Shown: positions 26,539 to 37,247, counted from the stretch's first letter. The stretch is 64,000 nucleotides of DNA from an uncultured Candidatus Saccharibacteria bacterium (GCA_964443125.1 CAYUBL010000001.1:16094-80093), one strand, 5' to 3'. The notes: a model not told the origin generated them from the sequence alone. A program made the numbers and translations.

Positions 26539-27852
26539 ATGCAGAGAACCATGAAACGACGGTTGTTGTGGGGGATTTTGACCCTCATACTCGTTGGAAC
26601 TGCCGGCTGGATTGCCAGCCCCAAGCATCCGAGCATTACGATCGGATCATTCCATCGCGATCTGAACATTAAGCTTGGTCTGGATCTGCGCGGCGGCACG
26701 CGGCTTGTATACCGCGCCAATGTGGATACCTCCACCCAGCAAGACCCCGCGGAAGCGCTTGCGGGCGTCCGCGACGTGATCGAGCGGAGAGTAAACTCGT
26801 TCGGGGTATCGGAACCGCTCATTCAGACAAACCGCGTCGACGATGAATACCGGGTTATTGTGGAGCTTGCAGGAGTCCAGGACCCGGATGAAGCCAAGCG
26901 CCTGATCGGCCAGACTCCACTGCTCGAATTTCGAAAAGAAGGAAATCTTGAAAACCTGAATATCGATGCTGAAAATCAGGATCAAATACTCGGCAACTTC
27001 TTCGAGAAAACCGAATTGGGAGGCAGACACTTAAAACGCGCAGCCGTCAATTTCGACCAGGTGACGGGAGTGCCACAAATAAACTTGGAATTCGACAAAG
27101 AGGGATCGGACCTGTTTGCGCAACTGACAAAGGAAAACATCGGCAAACGGCTTGCAATCTACCTGGATAACGTTCCCATTAGCGCTCCGGTCGTGCAATC
27201 CGAAATCACGAACGGCCAAGCCGTTATCAGCGGGGGATTTTCTATCGAGGAGGCGAAGCAGCTGGTGCGCGATTTGAACTCCGGCGCGCTGCCAGTTCCC
27301 ATCGAGCTCATCGGACAGAGCATTATCGGCCCCAGCCTGGGGCAGACGGCTATTCAAAAGAGCCTCTACGCCGGTATCGCCGGGCTCGCGCTCGTGATGG
27401 TATGGATGACCGTGTACTATCGCTTGCCCGGGCTCGTATCGTCGATTGCGCTTGTTATTTACGTGGTGCTTTTCCTGGCAATTATTAAAATCATTCCGAT
27501 TACCCTGACGCTTGCCGGCATTGCAGGGTTCATTATGTCGATCGGTATGTCAGTAGATGCAAACGTGCTTATTTTTGAACGGTTCCGCGAAAACTTAAAA
27601 CAAAAGAAGACGGTTCCATTCGCGCTCAAAGAAGGATTTAATGCCGCATGGAGCTCTATCAACGCATCAAACGTATCCAGCTTGTTGACCGGCCTGGTAT
27701 TGTACGCTTTCGGAACATCCATCGTGCGCGGATTTGCGCTTACCTTCTCCATCGGCATTATCCTTTCCTTGCTTTCCGCCATCACGATAACGCGCGGATT
27801 ACTGCACATCATCCTCGCACACCCCGCTACTCATAAAAAATGGCTCCTATGA
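26539..27852 (+). CDS. secD: Protein translocase subunit SecD
   Basis: N-terminal TM helix, LGLDLRGGTRLVY motif and C-terminal 6-TM domain. Followed by secF. Confidence 0.9.
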   Translation: MQRTMKRRLLWGILTLILVGTAGWIASPKHPSITIGSFHRDLNIKLGLDLRGGTRLVYRANVDTSTQQDPAEALAGVRDVIERRVNSFGVSEPLIQTNRVDDEYRVIVELAGVQDPDEAKRLIGQTPLLEFRKEGNLENLNIDAENQDQILGNFFEKTELGGRHLKRAAVNFDQVTGVPQINLEFDKEGSDLFAQLTKENIGKRLAIYLDNVPISAPVVQSEITNGQAVISGGFSIEEAKQLVRDLNSGALPVPIELIGQSIIGPSLGQTAIQKSLYAGIAGLALVMVWMTVYYRLPGLVSSIALVIYVVLFLAIIKIIPITLTLAGIAGFIMSIGMSVDANVLIFERFRENLKQKKTVPFALKEGFNAAWSSINASNVSSLLTGLVLYAFGTSIVRGFALTFSIGIILSLLSAITITRGLLHIILAHPATHKKWLL

Positions 27853-28721
27853 TGAAACAACCAAAACTTTGGATGGCAATTTCCGCTGCGACCATCATCG
27901 CAAGCATCGCGATTATTATTGCTATTCCGCCGAAATGGGGAATCGATTTCGTAGGCGGATCGCTGCTGGAAATAGAAACCAATCCGGAGCATGCCCGAGC
28001 AATCCAAGACCATATTACGCAAACATTCTCCCTTTCGGCCACCGCCCAAGGAACACAAGACAATACGGTAACCATCCGCACGCCGGTTCTCGACGATGCG
28101 ACTCATGAATCGATTATTACCTCCCTCAAAGAAGCAAACCTGATGTCCGGAGAAGAATTGAGCTTCGAGGCGGTTGGTCCGACGATCGGAAAAGAACTGC
28201 GCGAGAAATCCTTCACCGCCATCCTGCTTGTTCTCGCAATTTTGATCGTATACCTGACATACACGTTCCGAGCGGTACAGGGGTTTGTGTCTCCTTGGAA
28301 ATTGGGCGTTGCGGCAATCTATGCGCTCGTCCACGATCTCGTATTTATCACCGCATGTTTCTCCATATTCGGCAAGCTATGGAATGTGCCGGTAGACACG
28401 CTGTTCGTGACGGCGCAGCTCGCCATTCTGGGATACTCCGTCAACGATACGATTGTCATCTTCGACCGCTTGCGATGGGAACACAAGTCGCACCGCGACA
28501 CAGACCTGCTGGAGCTCATTGACCGTTCGCTCAAGCTCACGCTGGGGCGCTCCATGAATACCTCCTTTACCGTCTTGCTTACCTTGGTTGCCGTGCTGGT
28601 GCTCGGCGGCGCTTCTATCCGCTGGTTTATCGTCGCCCTTACGATCGGGGTGGTAACGGGAGTATATTCATCGCTCTTTGCCGCTCCGCCGCTATTGTAC
28701 TACCTGGCAAAACGCAAATAA
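27840..28721 (+). CDS. secF: Protein translocase subunit SecF
   Basis: SecF periplasmic domain plus 6-TM domain. Overlaps secD by 13 nt. Confidence 0.9.
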   Translation: MAPMMKQPKLWMAISAATIIASIAIIIAIPPKWGIDFVGGSLLEIETNPEHARAIQDHITQTFSLSATAQGTQDNTVTIRTPVLDDATHESIITSLKEANLMSGEELSFEAVGPTIGKELREKSFTAILLVLAILIVYLTYTFRAVQGFVSPWKLGVAAIYALVHDLVFITACFSIFGKLWNVPVDTLFVTAQLAILGYSVNDTIVIFDRLRWEHKSHRDTDLLELIDRSLKLTLGRSMNTSFTVLLTLVAVLVLGGASIRWFIVALTIGVVTGVYSSLFAAPPLLYYLAKRK

Positions 28722-29476
28722 TGGAGGAATATCCGAAGATATACGCCCGCATCTTCTCATGGGTCGCATCAGATTCGGCCGAGGCGCCTCTGCTACTGCT
28801 CTCTCACCGGGAAGAAGATAAAATGCGTGCATCGCTTTTCGCCCGCCAAGCTGCTGCGTGCACATCGCCCGGCACAGATCATCCGTGCGGCACCTGCAAA
28901 GGATGCATTCAGGCGCAACGCGGGACGCATCCCAATGCGTATGAGCTGCTCGGAGAAAACGGATCGATCAAAGTGAAAGACATTACGGCTGTTTCCGGTA
29001 CGTTTTCCCGCACCGCAGAAAAGCGAGTCATTGCCATACCCCATGCGGAACACCTGCTGCCGGAAGCGGCAAACATGCTGTTAAAATCGCTTGAAGAGCC
29101 TCTCGCGCATACGCGATTTTTCTTATGCGCCTCCGCGAAACGATCGGTTCTGCAGACAATCCGCTCGCGATGCACTATTTTGTTTGCAGGTTCCCCTCCG
29201 GAACAGGCAGGCTCCATCGATACCTCCGCGCTGCTTGCAAAACTCGCACGCCTGCGGCCCACGGATCCGTTTTCGGACGAAGAGCTCCGCGAGATATCCC
29301 TCTTGATACGCCATATGCTCCGCGAGCAGGGAGCGAGCCCGGCCCTTTTCCGCGTCTCGATGCGGCTGCGCGACTACCACAAAACGGCATCCAGTCCCGG
29401 AGGAAACAGAAAACTTGCGGCAGACATCCTCCTTGCATCGCTAGCCCAACTGCGAAATACTATGAGTACAACTTGA
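28721..29476 (+). CDS. holB: DNA polymerase III delta' subunit (HolB)-like
   Basis: Degenerate P-loop, Zn module CGTCKGCIQ, LLKSLEEP, and sensor TIRSRC. TAATG overlap with secF. Confidence 0.7.
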   Translation: MEEYPKIYARIFSWVASDSAEAPLLLLSHREEDKMRASLFARQAAACTSPGTDHPCGTCKGCIQAQRGTHPNAYELLGENGSIKVKDITAVSGTFSRTAEKRVIAIPHAEHLLPEAANMLLKSLEEPLAHTRFFLCASAKRSVLQTIRSRCTILFAGSPPEQAGSIDTSALLAKLARLRPTDPFSDEELREISLLIRHMLREQGASPALFRVSMRLRDYHKTASSPGGNRKLAADILLASLAQLRNTMSTT

Positions 29477-29495
29477 TATATTTTATCACTATCAT

Positions 29496-30056
29496 ATGCC
29501 TATCGCCCAAGCGGAAAAAACATTTTTAGCGTCAAAGGAAGAAGCCTTTTCTTGGTTTGAAAAGGAAGTAGCCGGCCTCAGGTCAGGCAGGGTAAAGCCC
29601 GCACTGGTGGAATCCATTCAAGTAGAGCTCTACGGAACGCGCAATCCGCTCAAGGGCATCGCTTCCATTTCCAGTTTGGATGCCCGCACTATCCTCATTT
29701 CCCCGTGGGATAAAAACGCAATTACGGCAATCCAAAAAGCGCTTACAGAGGCGAATATCGGAGTGATGCCGACCGTAGACGGGCAGAATATCCGACTGGC
29801 ATTCCCATCGCTGACAGAAGAAATCCGCAACCAAACCATTAAGACCTTGCATGCGCGGGCGGAGGAGACCCGCATCCGCATGCGGCAGGGGAGAGATGAA
29901 GCTCTCAAAACACTCAAGGCAGAAAAGGAAAAAGGCACGATTTCCGAAGATGATTTTTACGGCGGCAAAAAGCGCCTCGATAACCTGATCGGCAAAGCGC
30001 AAGACGAATTGGAATCTCGCATCAAAGCAAAAGAAGAGGATATCTTGACCATATAA
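29496..30056 (+). CDS. frr: Ribosome recycling factor
   Basis: 186 aa of RRF sequence (ITAIQKAL...NIRLAFPSLTEE...DDFYGGKKRLDNLI). Confidence 0.9.
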   Translation: MPIAQAEKTFLASKEEAFSWFEKEVAGLRSGRVKPALVESIQVELYGTRNPLKGIASISSLDARTILISPWDKNAITAIQKALTEANIGVMPTVDGQNIRLAFPSLTEEIRNQTIKTLHARAEETRIRMRQGRDEALKTLKAEKEKGTISEDDFYGGKKRLDNLIGKAQDELESRIKAKEEDILTI

Positions 30057-30164
30057 TCCGCTTCCGAATCCGGGCGGATTTCTTGACTATACAAGCTACC
30101 TGTTGCACAGTGGAGGAAGGGTCACCATACGCTGTAACTTCACACCAACATACGGAGGACTACA

Positions 30165-30671
30165 ATGTACACGCAAATTCCCTGGGATCCCGAAGCCGAG
30201 AGGGCGCTCGATCGCGCCAACGCGAAGGCTCGGTACTACAATCGTACCCTGGTCGGCACGGAACATCTCCTGTGCAGCCTCCTGTCCGACGAAAACTGTA
30301 CGGCAGTCCAGGCGCTGCGCCGCCTCAATCTGCTGGAAAGCGTACGGATAAAGCTTGATAATTTGTTGCCGTGCGGGCAAGGGGATACACAACACCCGCA
30401 AGAGCAAGAGATGGAGTTGTCCAACTTTGTCCGATCCGTTATCGACCGGGCAAATGCCCACGGCGCATCACGCAAGGAACCGCGCGTCTATACGGACGAC
30501 TTGCTCGTCGCACTGCTCCAAGACGAGGTATGCCAGCGCCTGCTGGCAGACGTAACGATTCCATCTCTCGAACAAGCGTTGTGCGATATCGGCAAACCAT
30601 TCGTGAGACGACCGGCAATCTCGGTGCAGAGCATGACGATAGGAGGCAAGCCGCCTTTATTGCCTCGCTAA
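30165..30671 (+). CDS. Stand-alone Clp N-terminal (Clp_N double-repeat) domain protein
   Basis: Two Clp_N repeats (ALDRANAKARYYNRTLVGTEHLLCSLL and VIDRANAHGASRKEPRVYTDDLLVALL). No AAA+ module follows. GGAGGA RBS. Confidence 0.65.
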   Translation: MYTQIPWDPEAERALDRANAKARYYNRTLVGTEHLLCSLLSDENCTAVQALRRLNLLESVRIKLDNLLPCGQGDTQHPQEQEMELSNFVRSVIDRANAHGASRKEPRVYTDDLLVALLQDEVCQRLLADVTIPSLEQALCDIGKPFVRRPAISVQSMTIGGKPPLLPR

Positions 30672-30731
30672 GCACCCACTCATACACCCGCTCGCCACTT
30701 CGGCAGAAGCGGGTGTTTTTACGCCTTCGCG

Positions 30732-31856
30732 ATGAACCCTCTAGCGCTCGGGGGCGTTTCGAGATACGCTGAAAGAACTATGGTTTTGGCCACGATTCTT
30801 CTATTTCTCGGGATGCTGCTCGCACTCGTGCTGGTCCATGAATGGGGCCACTTTATCGTCGCCAAGAAGGCCGGCTGCAAGGTGGAAGAGTTCGGATTCG
30901 GCTTCCCTCCCCGCATCGCCTCGAAAATGTGGCGGGGAACGCTGTACTCGCTCAACCTGCTTCCAATCGGCGGATTCGTCAAAATAGAGGGTGAAAATAT
31001 GGATGAAGCAGTCGTGACCCCTACCAGCTTTGCCAGCAAAAGCGCTTCCTGGAGGATCGCCATCTTATCCGCCGGCGTCATCATGAACCTTGTATTTGCC
31101 GCGCTGCTCTTGAGCGTGGAAAGCACGGTCGGCGCCCCCACAATCGCCACGCCAGACAATCGTGCGTCCCTGACGAATATCATGACCTATATTCTCGATG
31201 TAGCGCCAGAATCCCCTGCGGCACACGCGGGCATCATGCCCTACGACCGCATCGTTTCGTACGGCTCCATACAAAATCCCGACATCTCCGACATCCAGAC
31301 CATTACGCAAAACCAGGCAGGAAAGGAAGTTGCACTTGAAGTCGATCGGGCCGGAAAGAACATCGCTGTTTCCATCACCCCAAGAGAACATCCGCCGGAA
31401 GGAGAAGGAGCGCTCGGCATCAGCTTGAGCGAAACCGGACTGCTCAAATCGCCTTGGTATATGGCTCCATGGGAAGGGATCCGGCGCACGGCGCTCATGA
31501 CGGGAGCTATCGTCGATCAATTCGCAAGTCTGCTGCAAAAAGTATTCCGGCAAGAACAGGTCGGGCAGGTACTCACTGGCCCTATCGGCATTGCCGTATA
31601 TACGCAAGAAGCTGCGTCGCTGGGGCTTTCGCATTTCCTGGAATTCGCCGCAATGATCAGTATCAATCTCGCAATCATCAACATTCTGCCACTGCCCGCA
31701 CTAGATGGCGGACGCATTCTCTTCGTCTTGTTCGAAAAGCTCCTCGGCAAGCGAGTGCCAGGCAAGGTAGAAGCATACGTGCACACGGCGGGATTCGTGC
31801 TGCTCATCGGGCTCATGATCGCAATTACGTTTAAAGATGTCGGCCGTTATTTTTAA
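30732..31856 (+). CDS. rseP: Site-2 protease RseP (M50 family intramembrane zinc metalloprotease)
   Basis: HEWGHFIVAKKAGCKVEEFGFGFPPR (HExxH in TM1), central PDZ-like region, and C-terminal LDGGR motif. Confidence 0.85.
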   Translation: MNPLALGGVSRYAERTMVLATILLFLGMLLALVLVHEWGHFIVAKKAGCKVEEFGFGFPPRIASKMWRGTLYSLNLLPIGGFVKIEGENMDEAVVTPTSFASKSASWRIAILSAGVIMNLVFAALLLSVESTVGAPTIATPDNRASLTNIMTYILDVAPESPAAHAGIMPYDRIVSYGSIQNPDISDIQTITQNQAGKEVALEVDRAGKNIAVSITPREHPPEGEGALGISLSETGLLKSPWYMAPWEGIRRTALMTGAIVDQFASLLQKVFRQEQVGQVLTGPIGIAVYTQEAASLGLSHFLEFAAMISINLAIINILPLPALDGGRILFVLFEKLLGKRVPGKVEAYVHTAGFVLLIGLMIAITFKDVGRYF

Positions 31857-31859
31857 TCT

Positions 31860-33092
31860 ATGAAATACTCCTCCACATTCCTGAAAACAAATAAAGAAGC
31901 AAAAGCGTTCGATTCCGTTAATGCCACGCTCCTGCAAAAGGGCGGCTTTATCGACCAAGTTGCATCCGGCATCTATACCATGCTGCCCTTGGGGCTTCGC
32001 GTCCTGACAAATATCGAGAATATTGTCCGCGAGGAAATGAACGCTATCGGTTCGGAACTACTCATGCCATCGCTCTCTCCGGTCGACTTGTGGGAAAAAA
32101 CAGGCCGAACAGACATGGATGTGCTCCTGCGGGCGCAGGGCGCGAACGATGCATCGAAAAAACGCAACGATGCGTCCTACATGCTCAACCCCACGCACGA
32201 GGAAATCGTGACGCCGCTGGCAAAGAAAACAAAATTCAGCTACAAGGATTTTCCATTCGCGGTGTATCAAATTCAGACAAAATTCCGCAACGAAGAGCGG
32301 GCGAAAAGCGGCCTGATGCGAGGACGGGAATTTCGGATGAAAGACATGTACAGCTTCCATACGAGCGAAGAAGACATGCTTGCATTCTACGAGCGCGTAC
32401 AAACGGCTTACATGAATATTTTTGAGCGGCTTGGCATCGGCAACGATACGAAAATCACCAAAGCGTCGGGCGGAGACTTTACGAGCGGATTTTCCCATGA
32501 ATTCCAAACTATCTGCGAATCGGGAGAAGATACGATTTATGTGGACGAGACGACCGGAGAAGCGTTCAACGAAGAAGTCGTGGGGGACAGGAAAGGGTCT
32601 CTTACCGCCCGCCAGGCATCGGAAGTGGGCAATATCTTTCCGCTCAAGACGAAATTCTCCGAGGCATTCGGATACTCGTATACCGACAAAGACGGCAAGC
32701 AACAGCTTGTTCATATGGGGTGCTACGGCATCGGAACATCGCGCCTGATGGGAGTATTGGTCGAAAAATTCCACGACGAAAAGGGGATTGTTTGGCCAGC
32801 GAGCGTGGCGCCGTTTGCCGTATACCTTGCCGGATTGAACCGGGAAGATGCATCGGCAACAGCCGCTGCCGATCGCGCATACGAAGCGCTCATGGCGGCA
32901 GGAATCGAAACGCTCTATGATGATCGGGATGTACCGCCGGGGGCGAAGTTTGCAGACGCGGATTTGCTAGGCATACCGTGGAGGGTTGTCGTATCGAAGC
33001 GGACCGGAGATACCGTTGAAGCAGTTTCTCGCCATGGCCAGGAACAATATAACGAACCTATCTCTGCATTTATCAAACGGATCACAGCCTAG
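31860..33092 (+). CDS. proS: Proline--tRNA ligase, short form (no INS editing domain)
   Basis: Class II ProRS motifs (ASGIYTMLPLGLRVLTNIENIVREEMN, FRNEERAKSGLMRGREFRMKDMYSFH, GCYGIGTSRLMGVLVE) and a C-terminal anticodon-binding domain. 410 aa. Confidence 0.75.
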   Translation: MKYSSTFLKTNKEAKAFDSVNATLLQKGGFIDQVASGIYTMLPLGLRVLTNIENIVREEMNAIGSELLMPSLSPVDLWEKTGRTDMDVLLRAQGANDASKKRNDASYMLNPTHEEIVTPLAKKTKFSYKDFPFAVYQIQTKFRNEERAKSGLMRGREFRMKDMYSFHTSEEDMLAFYERVQTAYMNIFERLGIGNDTKITKASGGDFTSGFSHEFQTICESGEDTIYVDETTGEAFNEEVVGDRKGSLTARQASEVGNIFPLKTKFSEAFGYSYTDKDGKQQLVHMGCYGIGTSRLMGVLVEKFHDEKGIVWPASVAPFAVYLAGLNREDASATAAADRAYEALMAAGIETLYDDRDVPPGAKFADADLLGIPWRVVVSKRTGDTVEAVSRHGQEQYNEPISAFIKRITA

Positions 33093-33100
33093 GGAGAAAT

Positions 33101-34159
33101 ATGGGATTTATCAATGACTTTCTTGGCAAATTCTCCCAAGATATCGGCATCGACCTCGGAACAGCAAATACGCTCGTGTACGTCCGCGGCAAGGGTATCG
33201 TAATCAATGAACCGTCGGTAGTCGCTATCAACAAAAAAACGGGGGACGTGCTTGCGATCGGAAAAGAAGCCCAGCGCATGGTCGGAAAAACGCCTGCGCA
33301 TATCGTCGCCATCCGCCCGCTCAAGGACGGCGTGATTTCCGACTTTGAAGTGACCGAGCAAATGCTTTCCTACTTCATTCAAAAAGTGCACGAAGACGGA
33401 TTTCATGTGCTGCCGCGTCCGAGGATCGTTATCGGCATCCCATCTTCCGTGACGGAAGTGGAGCGCCGCGCAGTGGAAGAGGCGAGTCTTCGCGCCGGTG
33501 CGCGGGCCGTCTTTCTGATCGAGGAATCCATGGCGGCCGCTATCGGGTCTCGCTTACCGGTCCATGAAGCGACGGGAAATATCATCGTGGATATCGGCGG
33601 AGGCACATCGGAAATATCCGTGATATCGTTCGGCGGCATTGTCGTCAACCGCACGCTGCGTATCGCCGGCGACGAGCTGAACGCCAACATCGTCCAATAC
33701 GCCCGCAACAACTTCAACATGCTCATCGGAGAACGCACTGCCGAAGAGCTGAAAATACGGATTGGATCCGCCCATCCGGACACGGATCTTTTGGAAGCGC
33801 CGGTGCGCGGACGCGACCTGGTAACCGGATTGCCGAAAGAAGTCATCATGAACGGATCCCAAGTGCAGGAAGCCATGCAAAAGTCTATCGCCACCATCGT
33901 GGAAGCCGTCAAACAGTGTATCGAAGACACTCCTCCGGAATTGCTTTCGGACATTATCGAGCAAGGTATTTATTTGGCAGGCGGCGGCGCGCTGCTGCGC
34001 GGACTTGCGGACGTTATTACCGATGCAACGCAAATTCGATCCCATATCGCAGACGACCCGCTTACCGCAGTTGTCCGCGGTACCGGAATCGTGCTGGAAG
34101 ACTTGGAATCGCTGCAAGAAGTCCTCTTGCCAAGCATCCACGGCTCCGAGTTAAAATAA
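33101..34159 (+). CDS. mreB: Rod shape-determining protein MreB
   Basis: Actin-fold motifs (IGIDLGTANTLVYV, IIVDIGGGTSEISV). Confidence 0.95.
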   Translation: MGFINDFLGKFSQDIGIDLGTANTLVYVRGKGIVINEPSVVAINKKTGDVLAIGKEAQRMVGKTPAHIVAIRPLKDGVISDFEVTEQMLSYFIQKVHEDGFHVLPRPRIVIGIPSSVTEVERRAVEEASLRAGARAVFLIEESMAAAIGSRLPVHEATGNIIVDIGGGTSEISVISFGGIVVNRTLRIAGDELNANIVQYARNNFNMLIGERTAEELKIRIGSAHPDTDLLEAPVRGRDLVTGLPKEVIMNGSQVQEAMQKSIATIVEAVKQCIEDTPPELLSDIIEQGIYLAGGGALLRGLADVITDATQIRSHIADDPLTAVVRGTGIVLEDLESLQEVLLPSIHGSELK

Positions 34160-34165
34160 CAAGAT

Positions 34166-34930
34166 ATGAAGAAGCGCAACGTTGCAGCTTTGACGATTCT
34201 CGGAACAATTCTGCTGGGATTCGGATTTCTTGCGACCCCGCTCATGCGGCACGTACGCGCGCAAGCATGGGATGCATGGGTGTATGCGAACGCAAAAGTA
34301 TTCCGTATCGATAATATTTCCGTATCGGATTCCGACCTTACGGCGATCACCAAGCTCACAAACGATACGCTCCGGCTCAATGCCGAACTTCGCGAATACC
34401 GGCGACTCAAAGACCAGCTGGGCATGCCTGCATTCGATGACAGAAAGAAAATTCCCGTCGCGATTATTTCCCGTCCCAGCGATGCAACTTCATCCCGGTA
34501 TGTCATTAATAAAGGCGTTGCCGACGGCATCGTGCAGGGCGCTCCTGTCGTCATCCAAGGATCGGTCCTCATCGGATTCACAAAAGAGCTCTCCCAGCAT
34601 GCCAGCGTAGTGGAAACGCTGTTTTCTCCCAATACATCCGTAACGGTCGAGACGATTGCGCCCGACGACTCCACCCCGTCCGCACGCGGCCTGCTTGAGA
34701 GCAAATTCCAAACATCGCTGTACATGCATACGGTTCCGCGCGACGTCCCGCTTTCTGAAGGACAGCAGGTGATTACCTCGAATAAAGATGCGGCCATTCC
34801 GTTCGGCATGATTATCGGGAACATTGCAACTATCCATAATTCCGAAAACGAAGCGTACCAAAGCGCTGTCATAGACGTGCCGTACGACCTGAATTCTCTC
34901 GATGCGGCCGTTGTCCTCGTCCAACCATGA
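34166..34930 (+). CDS. mreC: Rod shape-determining protein MreC
   Basis: N-terminal TM, coiled-coil and beta-rich periplasmic domain. Position after mreB. Confidence 0.7.
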   Translation: MKKRNVAALTILGTILLGFGFLATPLMRHVRAQAWDAWVYANAKVFRIDNISVSDSDLTAITKLTNDTLRLNAELREYRRLKDQLGMPAFDDRKKIPVAIISRPSDATSSRYVINKGVADGIVQGAPVVIQGSVLIGFTKELSQHASVVETLFSPNTSVTVETIAPDDSTPSARGLLESKFQTSLYMHTVPRDVPLSEGQQVITSNKDAAIPFGMIIGNIATIHNSENEAYQSAVIDVPYDLNSLDAAVVLVQP

Positions 34931-35382
34931 AAAAACCGCTTATCTTTGCATGCGCCATCGCGATTGCAATCACTCTCCACATTGCAACGCAGTATCATGC
35001 GTTCTCGCTTTTCCTTGCTCCTCTGAGCATCCCGCTGCTCCTTCTGTTCGTACATCCATTCCCGCTTGTCGTGAGTATCGGAGTCTTTGTGATTCTTGAG
35101 GCGTTTTCCAGCCTCTTCCAGGGGTCCATGCTTGTACTCTTCGCCGTCCCGTTTGCCCTGCGCTGGGTATGGGGCGATGTGCAACCCGACATTACCTGGA
35201 AATTTTTCTTTTTTACGCTTACTGCGGTATGCTTGCAGCTTGCAGCGCTTACCGGCATATCTCTGATAGGCGTCCACAACGCCGGCATGGGAATTCCATG
35301 GGCCATCTTGGGCATCCAGGCGATCACGACAACGCTTGGCACGTGTATCCTTGCATTTCTCTATCATGAATATTCTTCCTAA
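34927..35382 (+). CDS. mreD: Rod shape-determining protein MreD-like membrane protein
   Basis: 151-aa polytopic membrane protein. ATGA overlap with mreC. Position between mreC and mrdA. Confidence 0.55.
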   Translation: MKKPLIFACAIAIAITLHIATQYHAFSLFLAPLSIPLLLLFVHPFPLVVSIGVFVILEAFSSLFQGSMLVLFAVPFALRWVWGDVQPDITWKFFFFTLTAVCLQLAALTGISLIGVHNAGMGIPWAILGIQAITTTLGTCILAFLYHEYSS

Positions 35383-35390
35383 ATAGGCAT

Positions 35391-37193
35391 ATGCACGAAG
35401 ATTCTTCGGATATCATCGACCACATTACGCCTCGGCGCAAAGCCCAGCGTCCTCGTATGGGCGTGCTTCCGCTGCTCTTGGCAAGCGTTCTTGCGCTTAT
35501 TCTCGGACGGGGAGGATACCTGCAAATCGTGCAAGGAAAAGAATTTCGGGAACGCGCGGAACACAATCGCGTAGAAACTGTTTCTATTCCCGCGCCGCGC
35601 GGAGTCATTTACGATCGGGCGAATGTCCAGCTGGTAGAAAATATATCCAGCACCGATATCGTCTTCGATCCGGTATACCTGCCCGCTGCCGAACATGAAG
35701 CGCATCTTGTTGATCGCATCATGGAACTGCTGCCGGACCTTCCTCCGGAAACCATTACCAACGCCCTTGCGAGAAGCCGAAAAACACAGCAGCAAGTGCT
35801 CCTCGCCAAGGCAATCGATCACGACACCGTTCTTCGCATCGAGCAGGCATCGGCCGATCTTCCCGGCGTACGCCTGGTATCGTCTCTCGTACGCAAGTAC
35901 CCGCTTGGGCAGCCGCTCGCGCATGTCCTGGGATACACGAGCAGCGTTACGGCGGAAGAGCTTGCAAAAGACAGTACGCTGATTGCAACGGACACGACAG
36001 GAAAACAGGGTATCGAACAGGAATACGACAAGGCCCTGCGCGGGCAGCATGGCATGATGTATCGGGAAGTCACCGCGTCCGGACAACAGAAAGCGGATCT
36101 GGGTGAAAAGCCGCCCATCCCCGGACAGGACATCACGCTTACCATCGACTCCAGCCTGCAGACATTTGCATACGGACTCTTCTCCGAAAAAGATGCAAAA
36201 AGCGAATCATCCAAGCCCGTGCGAGGAGCTGCGATCGTGCTGCGCGCAAAGGACAGCGCAGTGCTCTCGATGGTGAGCTACCCCTCATTCGACCCCAATG
36301 CGTTTTCGCAGCCGTCGCTCCGCACGCAAACGACCGATATTTTCTCCAACCCGCTCAATCCGCTCTTCAACCGAGCAGCCGACGGCACCTACCCGTCCGG
36401 ATCCACGATTAAGCCGTTTCTCGCTGCGGGCGCGCTCCAAGAGGGCGTCATCACGCCCAATACCACCATCTATTCCACTGGGGGTATTTCGGTCGGCCCC
36501 TGGCATTTTGCCGATTGGAAAAGCGGCGGGCACGGCATCACCGACGTTCGCAAAGCGCTGGCAGAGTCGGTCAATACCTTCTTTTACATGGTTGCCGGCG
36601 GCATTGATTCGTACAACGGCCTCGGAGTAGAGAAAAGCATTTCGGTACTGCAGCAATTCGGATGGAATGAGCGGACCGGCATCGACTTGCCAAGCGAAGC
36701 TGCCGGCTTTCTTCCGACTCCGGAATGGAAGCTCAAGGCAACAGGGCAGCCCTGGTATATCGGCGACACCTACCACTTGGGAATCGGACAGGGAAATGTG
36801 CTCGTCACCCCGCTGCAAGTTGCTGCCGCGACGGCGGCTATTGCGAACGGAGGTACATGGCATCAGCCCCGGCTTTCCGGAACCTCCTCCAAAGAGCATC
36901 CCGTGGGCATTGCTCCTGCAAATATCCGCGTCGTGCAAGAAGGTATGCGCCAAGCGGTCACCGACGGATCGGCGCGTTCGCTCAATTCGCTTCCGTTCCC
37001 CATAGCGGGAAAAACAGGCACGGCGCAGATCGGGGGAACGGAAGATACCCATGCATGGTTTACCAGCTTTGGACCGTACGAAAATCCTGAGTATGTGGTG
37101 ACAATTTTGCTGGAACGAGGAGGTGCGGGGGACGTGGATGCGGTGCCGATTGCGAAAGAAATATGGCAGTGGCTGAGCGAAAATCCCGTATAG
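35391..37193 (+). CDS. mrdA: Penicillin-binding protein 2 (peptidoglycan D,D-transpeptidase MrdA)
   Basis: N-terminal anchor and dimerisation domain. Transpeptidase motifs STIKPF (SxxK) and KTGTAQ (KTG). Confidence 0.9.
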   Translation: MHEDSSDIIDHITPRRKAQRPRMGVLPLLLASVLALILGRGGYLQIVQGKEFRERAEHNRVETVSIPAPRGVIYDRANVQLVENISSTDIVFDPVYLPAAEHEAHLVDRIMELLPDLPPETITNALARSRKTQQQVLLAKAIDHDTVLRIEQASADLPGVRLVSSLVRKYPLGQPLAHVLGYTSSVTAEELAKDSTLIATDTTGKQGIEQEYDKALRGQHGMMYREVTASGQQKADLGEKPPIPGQDITLTIDSSLQTFAYGLFSEKDAKSESSKPVRGAAIVLRAKDSAVLSMVSYPSFDPNAFSQPSLRTQTTDIFSNPLNPLFNRAADGTYPSGSTIKPFLAAGALQEGVITPNTTIYSTGGISVGPWHFADWKSGGHGITDVRKALAESVNTFFYMVAGGIDSYNGLGVEKSISVLQQFGWNERTGIDLPSEAAGFLPTPEWKLKATGQPWYIGDTYHLGIGQGNVLVTPLQVAAATAAIANGGTWHQPRLSGTSSKEHPVGIAPANIRVVQEGMRQAVTDGSARSLNSLPFPIAGKTGTAQIGGTEDTHAWFTSFGPYENPEYVVTILLERGGAGDVDAVPIAKEIWQWLSENPV

Positions 37194-37210
37194 AACCTTG
37201 CCATTTTTCC

Positions 37211-37228
37211 TGTCAGAAAATGCTGACA
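37211..37228. promoter_or_regulatory. Perfect inverted repeat TGTCAG-aaaatg-CTGACA between mrdA and the greA promoter
   Basis: 6-bp arms with a 6-bp spacer at 37211-37228, 20 bp upstream of the greA -35 box. No U-run. Confidence 0.35.
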
Positions 37229-37247
37229 AAATGTTAATAAATGGAGC

